Shown: positions 42,963 through 52,588 of the stretch, one piece after another
Numbering within the stretch: the stretch's first letter is position 1
How the letters are laid out: the number at the start of each line of letters is the position of its first letter
From: Tortispora ganteri
Taxonomy: Eukaryota
Reading direction: 5' to 3'
Length of the DNA: 64,000 nucleotides
Assembly: GCA_003707115.1 (NCBI GenBank)
Contig: PPNB01000007.1
Coordinates: 1 to 64,000 of the forward strand
Program-made: the position numbers and the translations under genes
Notes under the pieces: model-generated
The model's input: only the letters and a program-made list of their open reading frames with translations
What the model was told of the DNA's origin: nothing
Databases searched by the model: none

Positions 42963-45900
42963 TTAATTTCGTGGAACACAGCTCACAGAGAGCTGTTTAG
43001 ATACTGGATCTCGCTGAAAATCAAACCGAAACTCGTCCTCGTCAAAGCTGGAGTCAATGCATACTTGCAGAACTTCTTCGGCAGTAGTGGCTAGTCCAGT
43101 CCGCCGCAACGAGGCTTCCACGCCTTGCGCCAGCTCCGACCAATTAGCATACCCTCCAGCCAGTTTATTGTTACCGCCCAGCATGGCATACCGGCTTACA
43201 ACAGCCTGGCGTATCTTCGTGAATCGTGCCTTCTCCTGATCTGCCGTCATGTTCGTACTCAGACTGGCCTCATCAGTGGGGAAGATTGACTTCACGGCAG
43301 AATCGAAGTCGATGCCATGTGCCCGTTCAAGAGCAGCAGGCGGTCGCCATGAAGACGGACCCCCAATTCTCGACGTAGAATAAACATCTTTCATACTCTG
43401 TGAGTTCGCCCAAGAGCCTTGTCGTGGATGCTTCTCAGCAGCAGAGGTTGTGGCGCCTGCACTGAACCCCCATATACTCCCTCCTAGTCTTGAATTCAGT
43501 CCAGAGAAATCAGATCCTGCCTTGGTTCCGCGACCTGCATCAGTCCCACTTATAGAAGTGCCAGTAAGAGGTCCAGTCGACCATGGGCTGCCCGCTCTTC
43601 TCGAATTCAATCCTATGCCTCCGAGCCCGCCAGCGCTCGCTGCACTGCGTCCAAAAGGTTGCGGACCTGTATGCGGCAGTGGTCGGCTGTTCACACCGTC
43701 AGTGTCAAGAAAATTTGTGCGTTGAAAAGCAATCCTCGTGCTTTCAATCTGACTTTCATCACCTAAACTGCCGCCATTGCCCGGAGGCAGCGAGGGGTTC
43801 AGATTGTGAGATGGCGCAAACTGAACAGGGGCACCCGGGTACGACGCTTGCGGAACAACTTTCGAGTTGTGTGCAAACATTTCTAAGAATGTTGACCCCG
43901 TCGGTGTAATGGAGCGGGTCATTTCGTGTGCTTGGATCTTGTTCCCGGCCTGACCGAGCGGATCGCCAGAATTCGTCCGCATGAAGCCCAGTCCAGGTGG
44001 CGGAGTCGTTTTAGACGAGTGGTGCAATCCTGGAGCAGGAACTTGTGTGTAAAAATTGTCATAAACATGTGCAGAAGTATTGCGATTCATAGAATCAGCC
44101 AGATTACTAATAGAGTTGGCATAAGGATCAGCAGTTCGTGAATGAGCTTCGCGCTGCATAAAGAGATTTTTCGTGTGTGCGTTTGAGTCGGGTAATTGTG
44201 CAGCAAGAGGATCTGCATCAATATATGCCCTATGTTTCTCAGAATGGCTGATGTTCATTCTAGCACTAATTCCCGGCTTTCCGGTAAACAAAGCATCTTC
44301 GCCTGTTGTGATCGTAGAAGGGTTTGGAGAATTTGTCAAGCTGTTGGAAATATGGTTTGAGGGGCCTCTCTGAACTTGAAAAGGAACTGAAGAAGGTCTG
44401 ACAGAATCATTTGTTGCCCAAGTATGCGAACTTTCATTGTGACTAAGCTGACTCTGGTTATATTCTCGTTGCGTATCGCGGTTATTGATTTCCCGTCGCA
44501 TACCCATGGAGTCATCTGGGTTCAAGAAAGGCTTCAGTTGTGATCTGTTGAAACTTTGTGGAGCCTGTATTATGCTTTCTCTCTCATCATCTTCTTTTGG
44601 TTTTAAAACTCCATTGGGATAGTTCCGTGCGGGTTCTTTTTCAGATTTGCGTGAATGATTCTCAACCTTTCTCCATTGTTTTTCGTCTTCAACCTGGCGC
44701 GAGGCAGTCTCACGTTCTTTCCGTAGTTTCTCCTCTAAGTGCTGCTGCGGCTGTGACTTTTGTTGTTGCTTACGCAGAGCCTCTTCACGCTCTTTGTGTT
44801 CACGTTCTCGTCGTGATTTGTTTTCGCTTGTTTTCTTGTCTGCATCTTTCTGTTCACGTTCCCGAAGTAACTTTTCTTCGCGAACTTTCCTTTCTTCCTC
44901 TTTCACAGCTAAAGCCTTTGCAGCTGCTGCTTCAGCTTCTCTTTGTTTGCATTTCTGCTCTTCGAGCGCCCTTTCTTCGGCTTCCTTTGCTTCGAGTTTA
45001 GCCTTTTCTGCAGCTTCCCTTTCTGCTTCCTGACGTAACCGCTCTTCCTCCTTTGCAAGCTGCTGTTGCAGCCTTTTCTTCTCTTTCTTCCTTTCGCGCT
45101 CGCGTGCACGTTTTGCTGCGCGTTCTGCTTGCTCTTTGTTCTCGTCTTCGAGCTCTTGAAGCAGCTTTGCTTGTCTTTCTGCGGTCACTTTTTTGCGATA
45201 GGCAGCAAGTACGCGCTGCTCTAGGATGCGAGCGACGAATATGTAGAACATTCGACGCGCTTCCTCGGAAGATATAGCATCTGCAGGAGAGTTGAGATCA
45301 AGGTAACTGTCATCGTAGGCAAGATCATCATCAAGTTCTTCTTCGTCCAGAGCCCACTCGTCGTCATCATAGTAGTAGTAGTCATCGTCAGCGTACTGTT
45401 CCTGGCGGTATGCGCGCCTAGATGAAATTTGATCGACCATTTCTATCAGCTTAAGGCCCTTATTTTGGAGCAAGTCATCGGCGATAGTGAGGACACCATC
45501 TGTCATTGTAATCGCTGATGTGAAATCCTCGAACCCGTCTGGCGGACTAACCGAGTCGCTACGGCTATGACTGCGGCTTTGACTGCGGCTATGACTGCGG
45601 CTTTGACTGCGATTGCGACTGCGACTGCGATTGCGACTGCGACTGCGACTATGGATAACATCGGCATCTGTACCCGTATCGGCATCAATGTCTGTATGCA
45701 TTGGGTTAAAGTGTTTGTGTGGAGCGTCGGTGGACACAGTGGAGTGTTTGCTAGCAGCGGATGGAAATATCTCGTCATAGAAAGAGTCGTAGATAGAGCC
45801 TAGACTGCCCTGCATGAGCGACCGTCTGCGACCACAAACAGAGCAGGGACATAGATTTGTGTGTTCCATAGATAGTTGTTCCTTAAAAGTTTCTTTGTCA

Positions 45901-46136
45901 ATTTGGACGAGATCTTTGCGTTCAGCTTCAGTTAAACCGAGCCAGAATTCTCGTATACGTTCCTGTTCCTCGTGGCTGGATGTGTCCCATATGCTGTCGT
46001 TTTTTGAGGTGATTTCCTGCTTGCGGCCTGATCGTTTCTTTTTCTTCTTTCCTGCAGCGGTGCCGGTACCTGTGCCATTCTTAGATTTGGCAGGCATCGT
46101 CGCTTGGCTGTCTGGACGCGGCCGGTGACGATCCAT
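42963..46136 (-). CDS. NST1: Stress-response protein Nst1
   Basis: IWDTSSHEEQERIREFWLGL..ERKDLV.IDK, CPCSVCGRRR, LTIADDLL, ILEQRVLAAYRKKV..ERQ.KLLQEL. Confidence 0.92.
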   Translation of the reverse strand: MDRHRPRPDSQATMPAKSKNGTGTGTAAGKKKKKRSGRKQEITSKNDSIWDTSSHEEQERIREFWLGLTEAERKDLVQIDKETFKEQLSMEHTNLCPCSVCGRRRSLMQGSLGSIYDSFYDEIFPSAASKHSTVSTDAPHKHFNPMHTDIDADTGTDADVIHSRSRSRNRSRSRNRSQSRSHSRSQSRSHSRSDSVSPPDGFEDFTSAITMTDGVLTIADDLLQNKGLKLIEMVDQISSRRAYRQEQYADDDYYYYDDDEWALDEEELDDDLAYDDSYLDLNSPADAISSEEARRMFYIFVARILEQRVLAAYRKKVTAERQAKLLQELEDENKEQAERAAKRARERERKKEKKRLQQQLAKEEERLRQEAEREAAEKAKLEAKEAEERALEEQKCKQREAEAAAAKALAVKEEERKVREEKLLREREQKDADKKTSENKSRREREHKEREEALRKQQQKSQPQQHLEEKLRKERETASRQVEDEKQWRKVENHSRKSEKEPARNYPNGVLKPKEDDERESIIQAPQSFNRSQLKPFLNPDDSMGMRREINNRDTQREYNQSQLSHNESSHTWATNDSVRPSSVPFQVQRGPSNHISNSLTNSPNPSTITTGEDALFTGKPGISARMNISHSEKHRAYIDADPLAAQLPDSNAHTKNLFMQREAHSRTADPYANSISNLADSMNRNTSAHVYDNFYTQVPAPGLHHSSKTTPPPGLGFMRTNSGDPLGQAGNKIQAHEMTRSITPTGSTFLEMFAHNSKVVPQASYPGAPVQFAPSHNLNPSLPPGNGGSLGDESQIESTRIAFQRTNFLDTDGVNSRPLPHTGPQPFGRSAASAGGLGGIGLNSRRAGSPWSTGPLTGTSISGTDAGRGTKAGSDFSGLNSRLGGSIWGFSAGATTSAAEKHPRQGSWANSQSMKDVYSTSRIGGPSSWRPPAALERAHGIDFDSAVKSIFPTDEASLSTNMTADQEKARFTKIRQAVVSRYAMLGGNNKLAGGYANWSELAQGVEASLRRTGLATTAEEVLQVCIDSSFDEDEFRFDFQRDPVSKQLSVSCVPRN

Positions 46137-46207
46137 GCGCTGAGGGGGGGAAAAGGGAATTTTTACTATACTGCTGTAGGAGCGTTAAAACAGGATAACA
46201 AGTGCAG

Positions 46208-46215
46208 CACGTGAC
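46208..46215 (-). promoter_or_regulatory. Cbf1-type E-box in NST1/RHO2 divergent promoter
   Basis: GTCACGTG on minus strand, about 72 bp upstream of NST1. Confidence 0.55.
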
Positions 46216-46513
46216 TTATTTATGGCTATTTTTATTGATCCTTTGTACTTTGCACTTTGACAGCGTCAAAGCAGGTCTTTTTTAAAAGAATCAAAACCAC
46301 CTGTTTCTTCCCTGGCAGCCCGTTCTCTACTGGAAACTTGACCTGGTGAATGGGTCCTTTTTCGCTTGATGGGTGTGAGTGTTAAAGGCAAAAAAAGGAA
46401 AACTGTCCAATAGGAGGCCTTCCCTCCCAAACCCACATCTACCAACCCAAATGACCATCACATACCCTACCTGGTCACTGTTTCAGCTGTTTACGCCGCT
46501 GTCTGCTTTCACT

Positions 46514-47239
46514 ATGTCTGAAGCAGCTATAAAACGTAAAATTGTTATAATTGGTGACGGTGCCTGTGGTAAAACCTCTCTGCTTTGGGTATTCACAGTA
46601 GGCGAATTCCCTAAGGTAAGTGTGATGCCTTTATATTCTTGATCGCTCATATCTGCTTTTTTGCTCTACTAACACTTAACAGGAATACGTAAGTACACAA
46701 TTTAAACCCCTCTCTTTTTTACCATTTTTGCCACTTTTGACAATATCTAACAATAGAACCCCACTGTCTTCGAAAATTACGTCACCGACTGTAGGGTCGA
46801 TGGCAAGTCCGTCCAGCTCGCCCTCTGGGACACAGCCGGTCAAGAAGGTTATGAACGACTAAGACCGCTCTCTTATGGTCAGTCCCACTGTATTTTAATT
46901 GCTTTTGCTATTGACAATCCCGATTCGCTTGAAAACGTCTCTAACAAGTGGATCAATGAGGTAAATCAGTTCTGTCCAGGTGTGCCGTGTCTCCTCGTTG
47001 GCCTGAAACGTGATCTGCGCTCTGATCCAATCGCTAAAGAGGAAATGCGAAAGAAAAGTCTTAAGTTCGTAGACCCAGCTACTGCAAAGGACGTGGCTAC
47101 TCAAATCGGTGCCCGCGGCTACTACGAATGCTCTGCGCTCACCGGTGAGGCTGTTGACGAAGTCTTCGAAATCGCAACTCGCACATCTCTCCTTGTCGGC
47201 GCAGAATCCGCTTCGTCCCACTGTTGCACCGTTTCATAA
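46514..47239 (+). CDS. RHO2: Rho2 GTPase; exons 46514-46615, 46683-46688, 46757-47239
   Basis: GDGACGKTSLL...FPK|EY|NPTVFENYVTDCRVDGKSVQLALWDTAGQE; both introns GTAAGT..CTAAC..AG; C-terminal CCTVS. Confidence 0.93.
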
Positions 47240-47561
47240 TTAATGACACTTTGCTCGCGCATCACGCCTTTCATGAAACTAATCCTGTCAACTATCGAGT
47301 ATGTTGTGCCAGGGGCAATTATGTACATTATTACTTCCTTTTTTGTCTTCTGCATTCTGCCCATTTGCCTTCTGCCTCCTACTCGTTCAGTTATCCTACT
47401 CGTCCGATCCTAATAATCACAATCAACAAAATAATAAAAAAACAAAGAATCACCCTGTCCAATCTTACAATACTTTCTCCGTTCGCAAACGAACGCAAAA
47501 CCTACTCGTCCATGCACAGTCTCGCTCTGCTTTTGGCACAATGGCTTCAAAAATGATGAGC

Positions 47562-48404
47562 CTACTCCTGATTGCTGCGATCATAGTCGCGGTCATTGTC
47601 GCGACGATCATAGTCACGGTCTCGACGATCGTAGCTGTCATATTCGCGGTCTCGACGATCATAGCGGTCGTAATCGCGGTCACGACGATCGTAGCGATCA
47701 TAGTCGCGATCACGACGGTCATAGCGGTCGTAATCGCGTTCGCGACGGTCGAAACGGTCGTAGCGGTCGCCACCACGAAATCCTCCGCGTCCTCCGCGTC
47801 CTCCACGGAATCCACCACGTCCACGAGACCCGCCGCGGAAACCACCGCGTCCACGGCCACCGCCGCCAAATCGGCGCGGTGACCTAGATCGGTTGCGACG
47901 AAGGCGAATCTCCTCAGGAACCTCGTGGTCCTCGGTCAAGATAACATCTCCATTCTTCAACTGCTTGCCCTCAAGTGTCTTCAACGCAGTCTCTAGGTCT
48001 TCCTGATTGAGCAGCTCAATAATACCGCGACCCTCTACGTCGACGTCAGCAAATCCAATCTTCACTTCAGCCTGGCGGGCAAAATCCTTGAGGTCTCTCC
48101 AGTCGACGCCCTCTGGCATCTCACTGACAATAATACGATACGAAGTCCTCATCGGAGACTCCTTCTCGGTGGGCGACTTCGCGTTTGTCACTTGAAGCGT
48201 CTCACCTTCAAAGGAGGTGCCGTCGAGGGCGTTGATGGCTTCGGTGGCCTTAGCGCCAGACTCGAGCTCGACAAAACAGAAAGTAGGGAAAACCCTGACC
48301 TCAGTTATCGGGCCATATGGGCCAAACAGATCCTCAATAGAAGACTGCGTAGTAGATCGCGTCAAAGGACGCACAAACAGACGGTTCTCGATTATTCCGG
48401 ACAT
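47562..48404 (-). CDS. SR-like RNA-binding protein (Npl3/Srp2 family)
   Basis: RRM1 RLFVRP..FCFVE, pseudo-RRM DWRDLKDFAR, RSRSPRR, RGG box, RD-repeat tail; probable start 48404. Confidence 0.88.
   Translation of the reverse strand: MSGIIENRLFVRPLTRSTTQSSIEDLFGPYGPITEVRVFPTFCFVELESGAKATEAINALDGTSFEGETLQVTNAKSPTEKESPMRTSYRIIVSEMPEGVDWRDLKDFARQAEVKIGFADVDVEGRGIIELLNQEDLETALKTLEGKQLKNGDVILTEDHEVPEEIRLRRNRSRSPRRFGGGGRGRGGFRGGSRGRGGFRGGRGGRGGFRGGDRYDRFDRRERDYDRYDRRDRDYDRYDRRDRDYDRYDRRDREYDSYDRRDRDYDRRDNDRDYDRSNQE
47580..47770 (-). repeat. Coding 30-nt tandem repeat (RRDRDYDRYD)
   Basis: About five near-identical decapeptide units in the translation. Confidence 0.85.
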
Positions 48405-48497
48405 TTTTTCTGATACCGGTCTAGTGCAGTCTAGTGCAGTGAAATTTTCGCTGGAAGGTAAGCTGGGGGGGGACTGGGACCAAAACATTTTTTGTGT

Positions 48498-48507
48498 ATC
48501 ACGTGAC
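48498..48507. promoter_or_regulatory. Cbf1-type E-box (ATCACGTGAC) in NPL3-like/RFA3 promoter
   Basis: Consensus match about 95 bp upstream of the NPL3-like ATG. Confidence 0.55.
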
Positions 48508-48817
48508 TAACCCTACGGTCCTATTCTTGTCGCAGCGTGCATCTTTGCCTTGTCTAGCGGCGCCGCGCCACCAGGCCTGTATATTCTATTGCGTTGTCGA
48601 CTTGCCATTGTTGAAAAACTACACAGTCTATCTACATATACGGATACCCTGCCACTATTGGCGCCCTTGAAGCAACTCAGACGCCGATCGTACTCTCACG
48701 AAATATCGGTGTTAAAACCCTAACCCGTGTTGTGACCTAATAACACTGAAGTTAACATAAGACTGAGATTAACCTGAACGAGATAACTAATAACGGGATA
48801 ATCAACACTAAGATAAC

Positions 48818-49153
48818 ATGAGCGACGAGACCACTCCGCGCGTAAATGCGTCGTCTGTGATTAAGAGCAATGGCGCGATGCAACGCATTATTGGACGTGT
48901 ACTGAAAGTGGACGCATCGAACACATCGGAAAAAGTCGCGGAACTGGAGGCGCACGGCCCCATCAAAGTAGCCTGGTCATCAACCGAAATTGAACTGGAA
49001 GAAGGCAACTTCTATGAAGTGCTAACTAGGTACTCTCAAATGAATGGTGGTATGCTTAGAATGCTAGAGGCTTATAATTTGGGTACCGATATAGATGAAA
49101 AGCTCATTGATGCTGTTGTCCAGCTGTCCGAGAAACTGCCGGAGATTTTCTAA
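48818..49153 (+). CDS. RFA3: Replication protein A small subunit
   Basis: TPRVNAS...RIIGRV...FYEV...NLGTDID...KLPEIF OB-fold pattern. Confidence 0.85.
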   Translation: MSDETTPRVNASSVIKSNGAMQRIIGRVLKVDASNTSEKVAELEAHGPIKVAWSSTEIELEEGNFYEVLTRYSQMNGGMLRMLEAYNLGTDIDEKLIDAVVQLSEKLPEIF

Positions 49154-49315
49154 TGACGCGATACTGCAAACGAATTGGTCGGTGTCCAATATCCTCCTTT
49201 AGGAAAATTATTTTTGTTAAAAAGGATACGAGAACACGGGGTAGAATATTAATTATATTAGCCACAGGCTTGTATAAAATGCAAATTATTGTTTCCATGT
49301 CGCATTGATAAAATT

Positions 49316-51520
49316 TCATGAATTCTGCGACATAAACCGGTCAAATCCTAAAGCGAATGTCTGGTCATGACTCTTTGAGGGCGACATCGCAGCAGCCATC
49401 CATATTAAGTCATTCATCCCTTTATTGGGTGTAACTGTTACATTCTGAAGCGTATCCTCGCTATTCGTCAAAGTGGGCGGCGAGGAGTCGGCAGTCTTGC
49501 CTTTGACATTCGATTTGTCAAATACAAGTCGTTTCCGAGGACTGTCTTGCCAAAACTCGTCTGGTGGCGAACTCGAGAGTGCAAGGTATTGTCCTGGTGT
49601 TAAGAAAAGTGCAGCCGACGGCGAAAGTTTCTTGGGGGTTTTCAAAAAATCAAACATGTCTGACGAATCCTGTGTCATTTCGAAAAAATCATTCGGATTA
49701 GCACCAGCACTAGTAGTACTCTGCTTCAGATCCCCATCCTTGTCGTCCTTAGGCGCACTTCGTGACATCATTTCTTTAGCTTTCTTCATTAACCGGGGCG
49801 ACCGCCGTAACGGTGTCTGTTCAGTCACATTAGCAGGAATGTTGTTATTAAGTAATTCTTGCGGTAATTGTACTGATCCAACAGCGTGGTCAACATGCGC
49901 GAATGGCGCTAAACTCCTGCGTCCAACAGGCGAAGATGGTCTTTCGGTCGAGGTAACATGCGTGCTAGGAGACGAAGCAGGCTCCTTGTTAGAAGAAGAA
50001 TCGTCTTTCACGATCATGCGAGTATTGTTGTATATCGACCCACTAGTGTCCTGCAGCACTATATCTCCCGTAGCCAGCTGTGTAGCATACGTAGACGCAT
50101 TCATAGTCCGTGCTGTTCCTTGAAGCGCGGCCTCGCTTTCCCATAGACGTGAAGGTCTCATGCGTTTATGAGTCTGAAAATAGAGACCACATGGGTTGCA
50201 AAAGCGCTCTTCTTTCTCTTCATTTGATTCCGGATCAATCGCTTTTACAAATCTCCAAGTAGCAGGTGCAACGTTGCCACAGTTAACGCAATAGCTTGGC
50301 ACTCTTCCTTCTCGAATATCAGCGTACAGTTTATCGCGTATTTTTTCCGATGTAGATTTCCGGCTTTTAGGTGGAGCAACCGTGTCAGCATTTGCGTCTG
50401 TACCTTTGCTGTTTGACTGTCCGCGCCGTTTCTTAGGTTTCGGTTCGGCTGGTTCTGTATCACAACTTTCGGGACTTTTACTTGTCTTTGAAGACGGAGA
50501 ATCATTTGAATCTGGCGATTTGGTTCTCTTAGTAGCTTTCTTTCTTAGCTGTTTACTGACTTTCTTGGTTGTAGCGCTCGCTGCAGTAGTCTCTGACGAA
50601 TCGCTTGCAGAAGGAAGCGATTCAGCAACAGGTTTCGCAACAGCAACCGCACTGGCAGGGCTCTGTACAGGAGGTGGTGCCTCTTTAGGCAGAGAACCGG
50701 CAGCTGGAACTGAGTTCGTAGCGTATGTTGATACTGAGTTATTGTTAGCACAGACGTTTGTGCTGGATCCTTTGCTGGTGCCCATATTACCGTTCAAATT
50801 GTCGCATGCGACGGCATCTTCCGGTATAGTCTCTGTGAACGGAGTGTAGGTGCTATAAGGGCTGGGTTGATTGTTGGGGGACTCTTGCTGACTTATAGGA
50901 AGCTGTGGTGCGGGGTTTACTGAGGAGGCGAAAGGGCTCCAGAAATTTGATGGGGAATTGCCACCGAAATTATTTGAAACAGACAGATGTCTGTGTTGTA
51001 GAGGTTGTATAGAGCTTGGAATAGGCGAAGGAACGACTGAGTTTTTGTGATCAAAGGAGTCTGGGGGTGCGAAAAGCGGTCTAAGTTTTAAGCGAATAGA
51101 GAGCGATTCTGCTGAGCTACCAATAAACACAGCCATATGGTTTGTTGTGACCTTGCCGCATATAAGAGTAGAACATCCATCAGCGAGTATATCAAGAATA
51201 GAGCCGTGGCCGACCATAGGCGCACCAGGTTCGGTACAGTCTTCCACGTAGACGGAATAATCGGCTATTGAACCGGTATTAAGTTCCGGGCTAGACTCTA
51301 ATATAGTTCTGAGGCAAATTTTCAGTTCCAAAACACCAAACAAAGACGGAGAGATAGTATCAGGCATTGTTGTTTGAATGACTCTAACAGGAACCTGCTG
51401 GCGAGATCTAGCTTGTAGAAGCGTATCCGACGAGCCGTCTACCATATAAGATACACGAATGACCATATTACGTATATCTGTGTTTGTATTATGCGACATT
51501 GTAGCTGCAGGTACCTCCAT
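49316..51520 (-). CDS. Ams2/Spt21-like GATA-type zinc-finger regulator
   Basis: N-terminal IRVSY..LQAR..LKICL..I.ESSPEL..DYSVY.ED.TEPGAPMVGHG; finger CVNCG..TWR...CNPCGLY..HKRMRP. Confidence 0.82.
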   Translation of the reverse strand: MEVPAATMSHNTNTDIRNMVIRVSYMVDGSSDTLLQARSRQQVPVRVIQTTMPDTISPSLFGVLELKICLRTILESSPELNTGSIADYSVYVEDCTEPGAPMVGHGSILDILADGCSTLICGKVTTNHMAVFIGSSAESLSIRLKLRPLFAPPDSFDHKNSVVPSPIPSSIQPLQHRHLSVSNNFGGNSPSNFWSPFASSVNPAPQLPISQQESPNNQPSPYSTYTPFTETIPEDAVACDNLNGNMGTSKGSSTNVCANNNSVSTYATNSVPAAGSLPKEAPPPVQSPASAVAVAKPVAESLPSASDSSETTAASATTKKVSKQLRKKATKRTKSPDSNDSPSSKTSKSPESCDTEPAEPKPKKRRGQSNSKGTDANADTVAPPKSRKSTSEKIRDKLYADIREGRVPSYCVNCGNVAPATWRFVKAIDPESNEEKEERFCNPCGLYFQTHKRMRPSRLWESEAALQGTARTMNASTYATQLATGDIVLQDTSGSIYNNTRMIVKDDSSSNKEPASSPSTHVTSTERPSSPVGRRSLAPFAHVDHAVGSVQLPQELLNNNIPANVTEQTPLRRSPRLMKKAKEMMSRSAPKDDKDGDLKQSTTSAGANPNDFFEMTQDSSDMFDFLKTPKKLSPSAALFLTPGQYLALSSSPPDEFWQDSPRKRLVFDKSNVKGKTADSSPPTLTNSEDTLQNVTVTPNKGMNDLIWMAAAMSPSKSHDQTFALGFDRFMSQNS

Positions 51521-51602
51521 GGTGCACACTACAAGGCAATTGGTGACGCTAAACAGTTTGGGGGGGAAGAGAGAAACAGAAACACGGTATAAACGCGAAT
51601 TA

Positions 51603-51610
51603 CACGTGAC
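51603..51610 (-). promoter_or_regulatory. Cbf1-type E-box upstream of the Ams2-like gene
   Basis: GTCACGTG on minus strand, about 83 bp upstream of ATG 51520. Confidence 0.55.
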
Positions 51611-52588
51611 TTTAAAGTTGGGAGTAGGGCAGAAATGCTATCGGTGTTTTAGCCCTTGACTAAACATTCTTGAAGTTTTCTAGCGTTTTTGGTGTCACTG
51701 AGGCAACTTGTTTTGATCAAGATGCTTTTACGAGTATTTATGGCTGCAAATATTGTTTCTCTGGCCGTTTTTGTTGCTGCAAGATACTGCCACACAGAAT
51801 TTTGGCCCCTATAAGGCCTGTTCGCATATCGTTTCGCGTAGAATGCTGCAGTGAACAACTCTATTTCTGAAATAGACCAATGGAAACAAGTCTGTCCATT
51901 TTAGGTGTCGAGTCAGGGTATAGGGTATTGATATACTAAAGTACAAACTTTACCTGTTTAGACCCAACTTCTTTGTATCGGCAGGTAACAAAGAAGCAGG
52001 CCAACTGTCTAGCGCTCGCTACTGCTGATTCTGTACAGAATGGATCACTAAGTTGTTAAGCAAATACGCAGCTAATTTTCATTTGCTTGTCTAAAAGAGA
52101 TACTTTGGAAAAGCGATATTAAGAAATATATTTAAGTTTATTTTACATGCTATTAGTAACCTTAAAAGAAATTAGGTTTTGATCTAGTAAATTTATTGGT
52201 TTATGTGAAGAGCAGGTAACTCTATTCCACCTTCAAAACTGCTTTTTCTGTCTCGCACATATTAACATATACTTCTAAAACCAATATTATATGCTCACAG
52301 TGCAGTTTCATAAATATATAGATTGCTATAAATGAAGCTCTACCTGTCTCAGAATATATCTGTTTTATTATAATGAGCCATCAGGTCATTAAATTCCGAT
52401 AAATGGGAATATCAAACCGGGCTTCGATGCCGAAACAAATCACGGCATTCCGCATCGCACTAGTGTATGAATTTAGCATAAGCTAAATATAAAAGTAAGA
52501 GGGTTTGCTTTTTTTTGCTTTTTTGTCAATTGCTTCACTCCACTGATCCTTTACGAAGTCTTTTGTGAAGTATTAGCTAACTGCAGTA

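Noticed and set aside
47301..47882. 193-aa hydrophobic ORF and overlapping 134-aa ORF
   Set aside because: Antisense and off-frame artefacts of the RD/RGG repeats.
48715..48726. Telomere-like AACCCTAACCC
   Set aside because: Fewer than two full repeats in an internal promoter; at most a Tbf1-type site.
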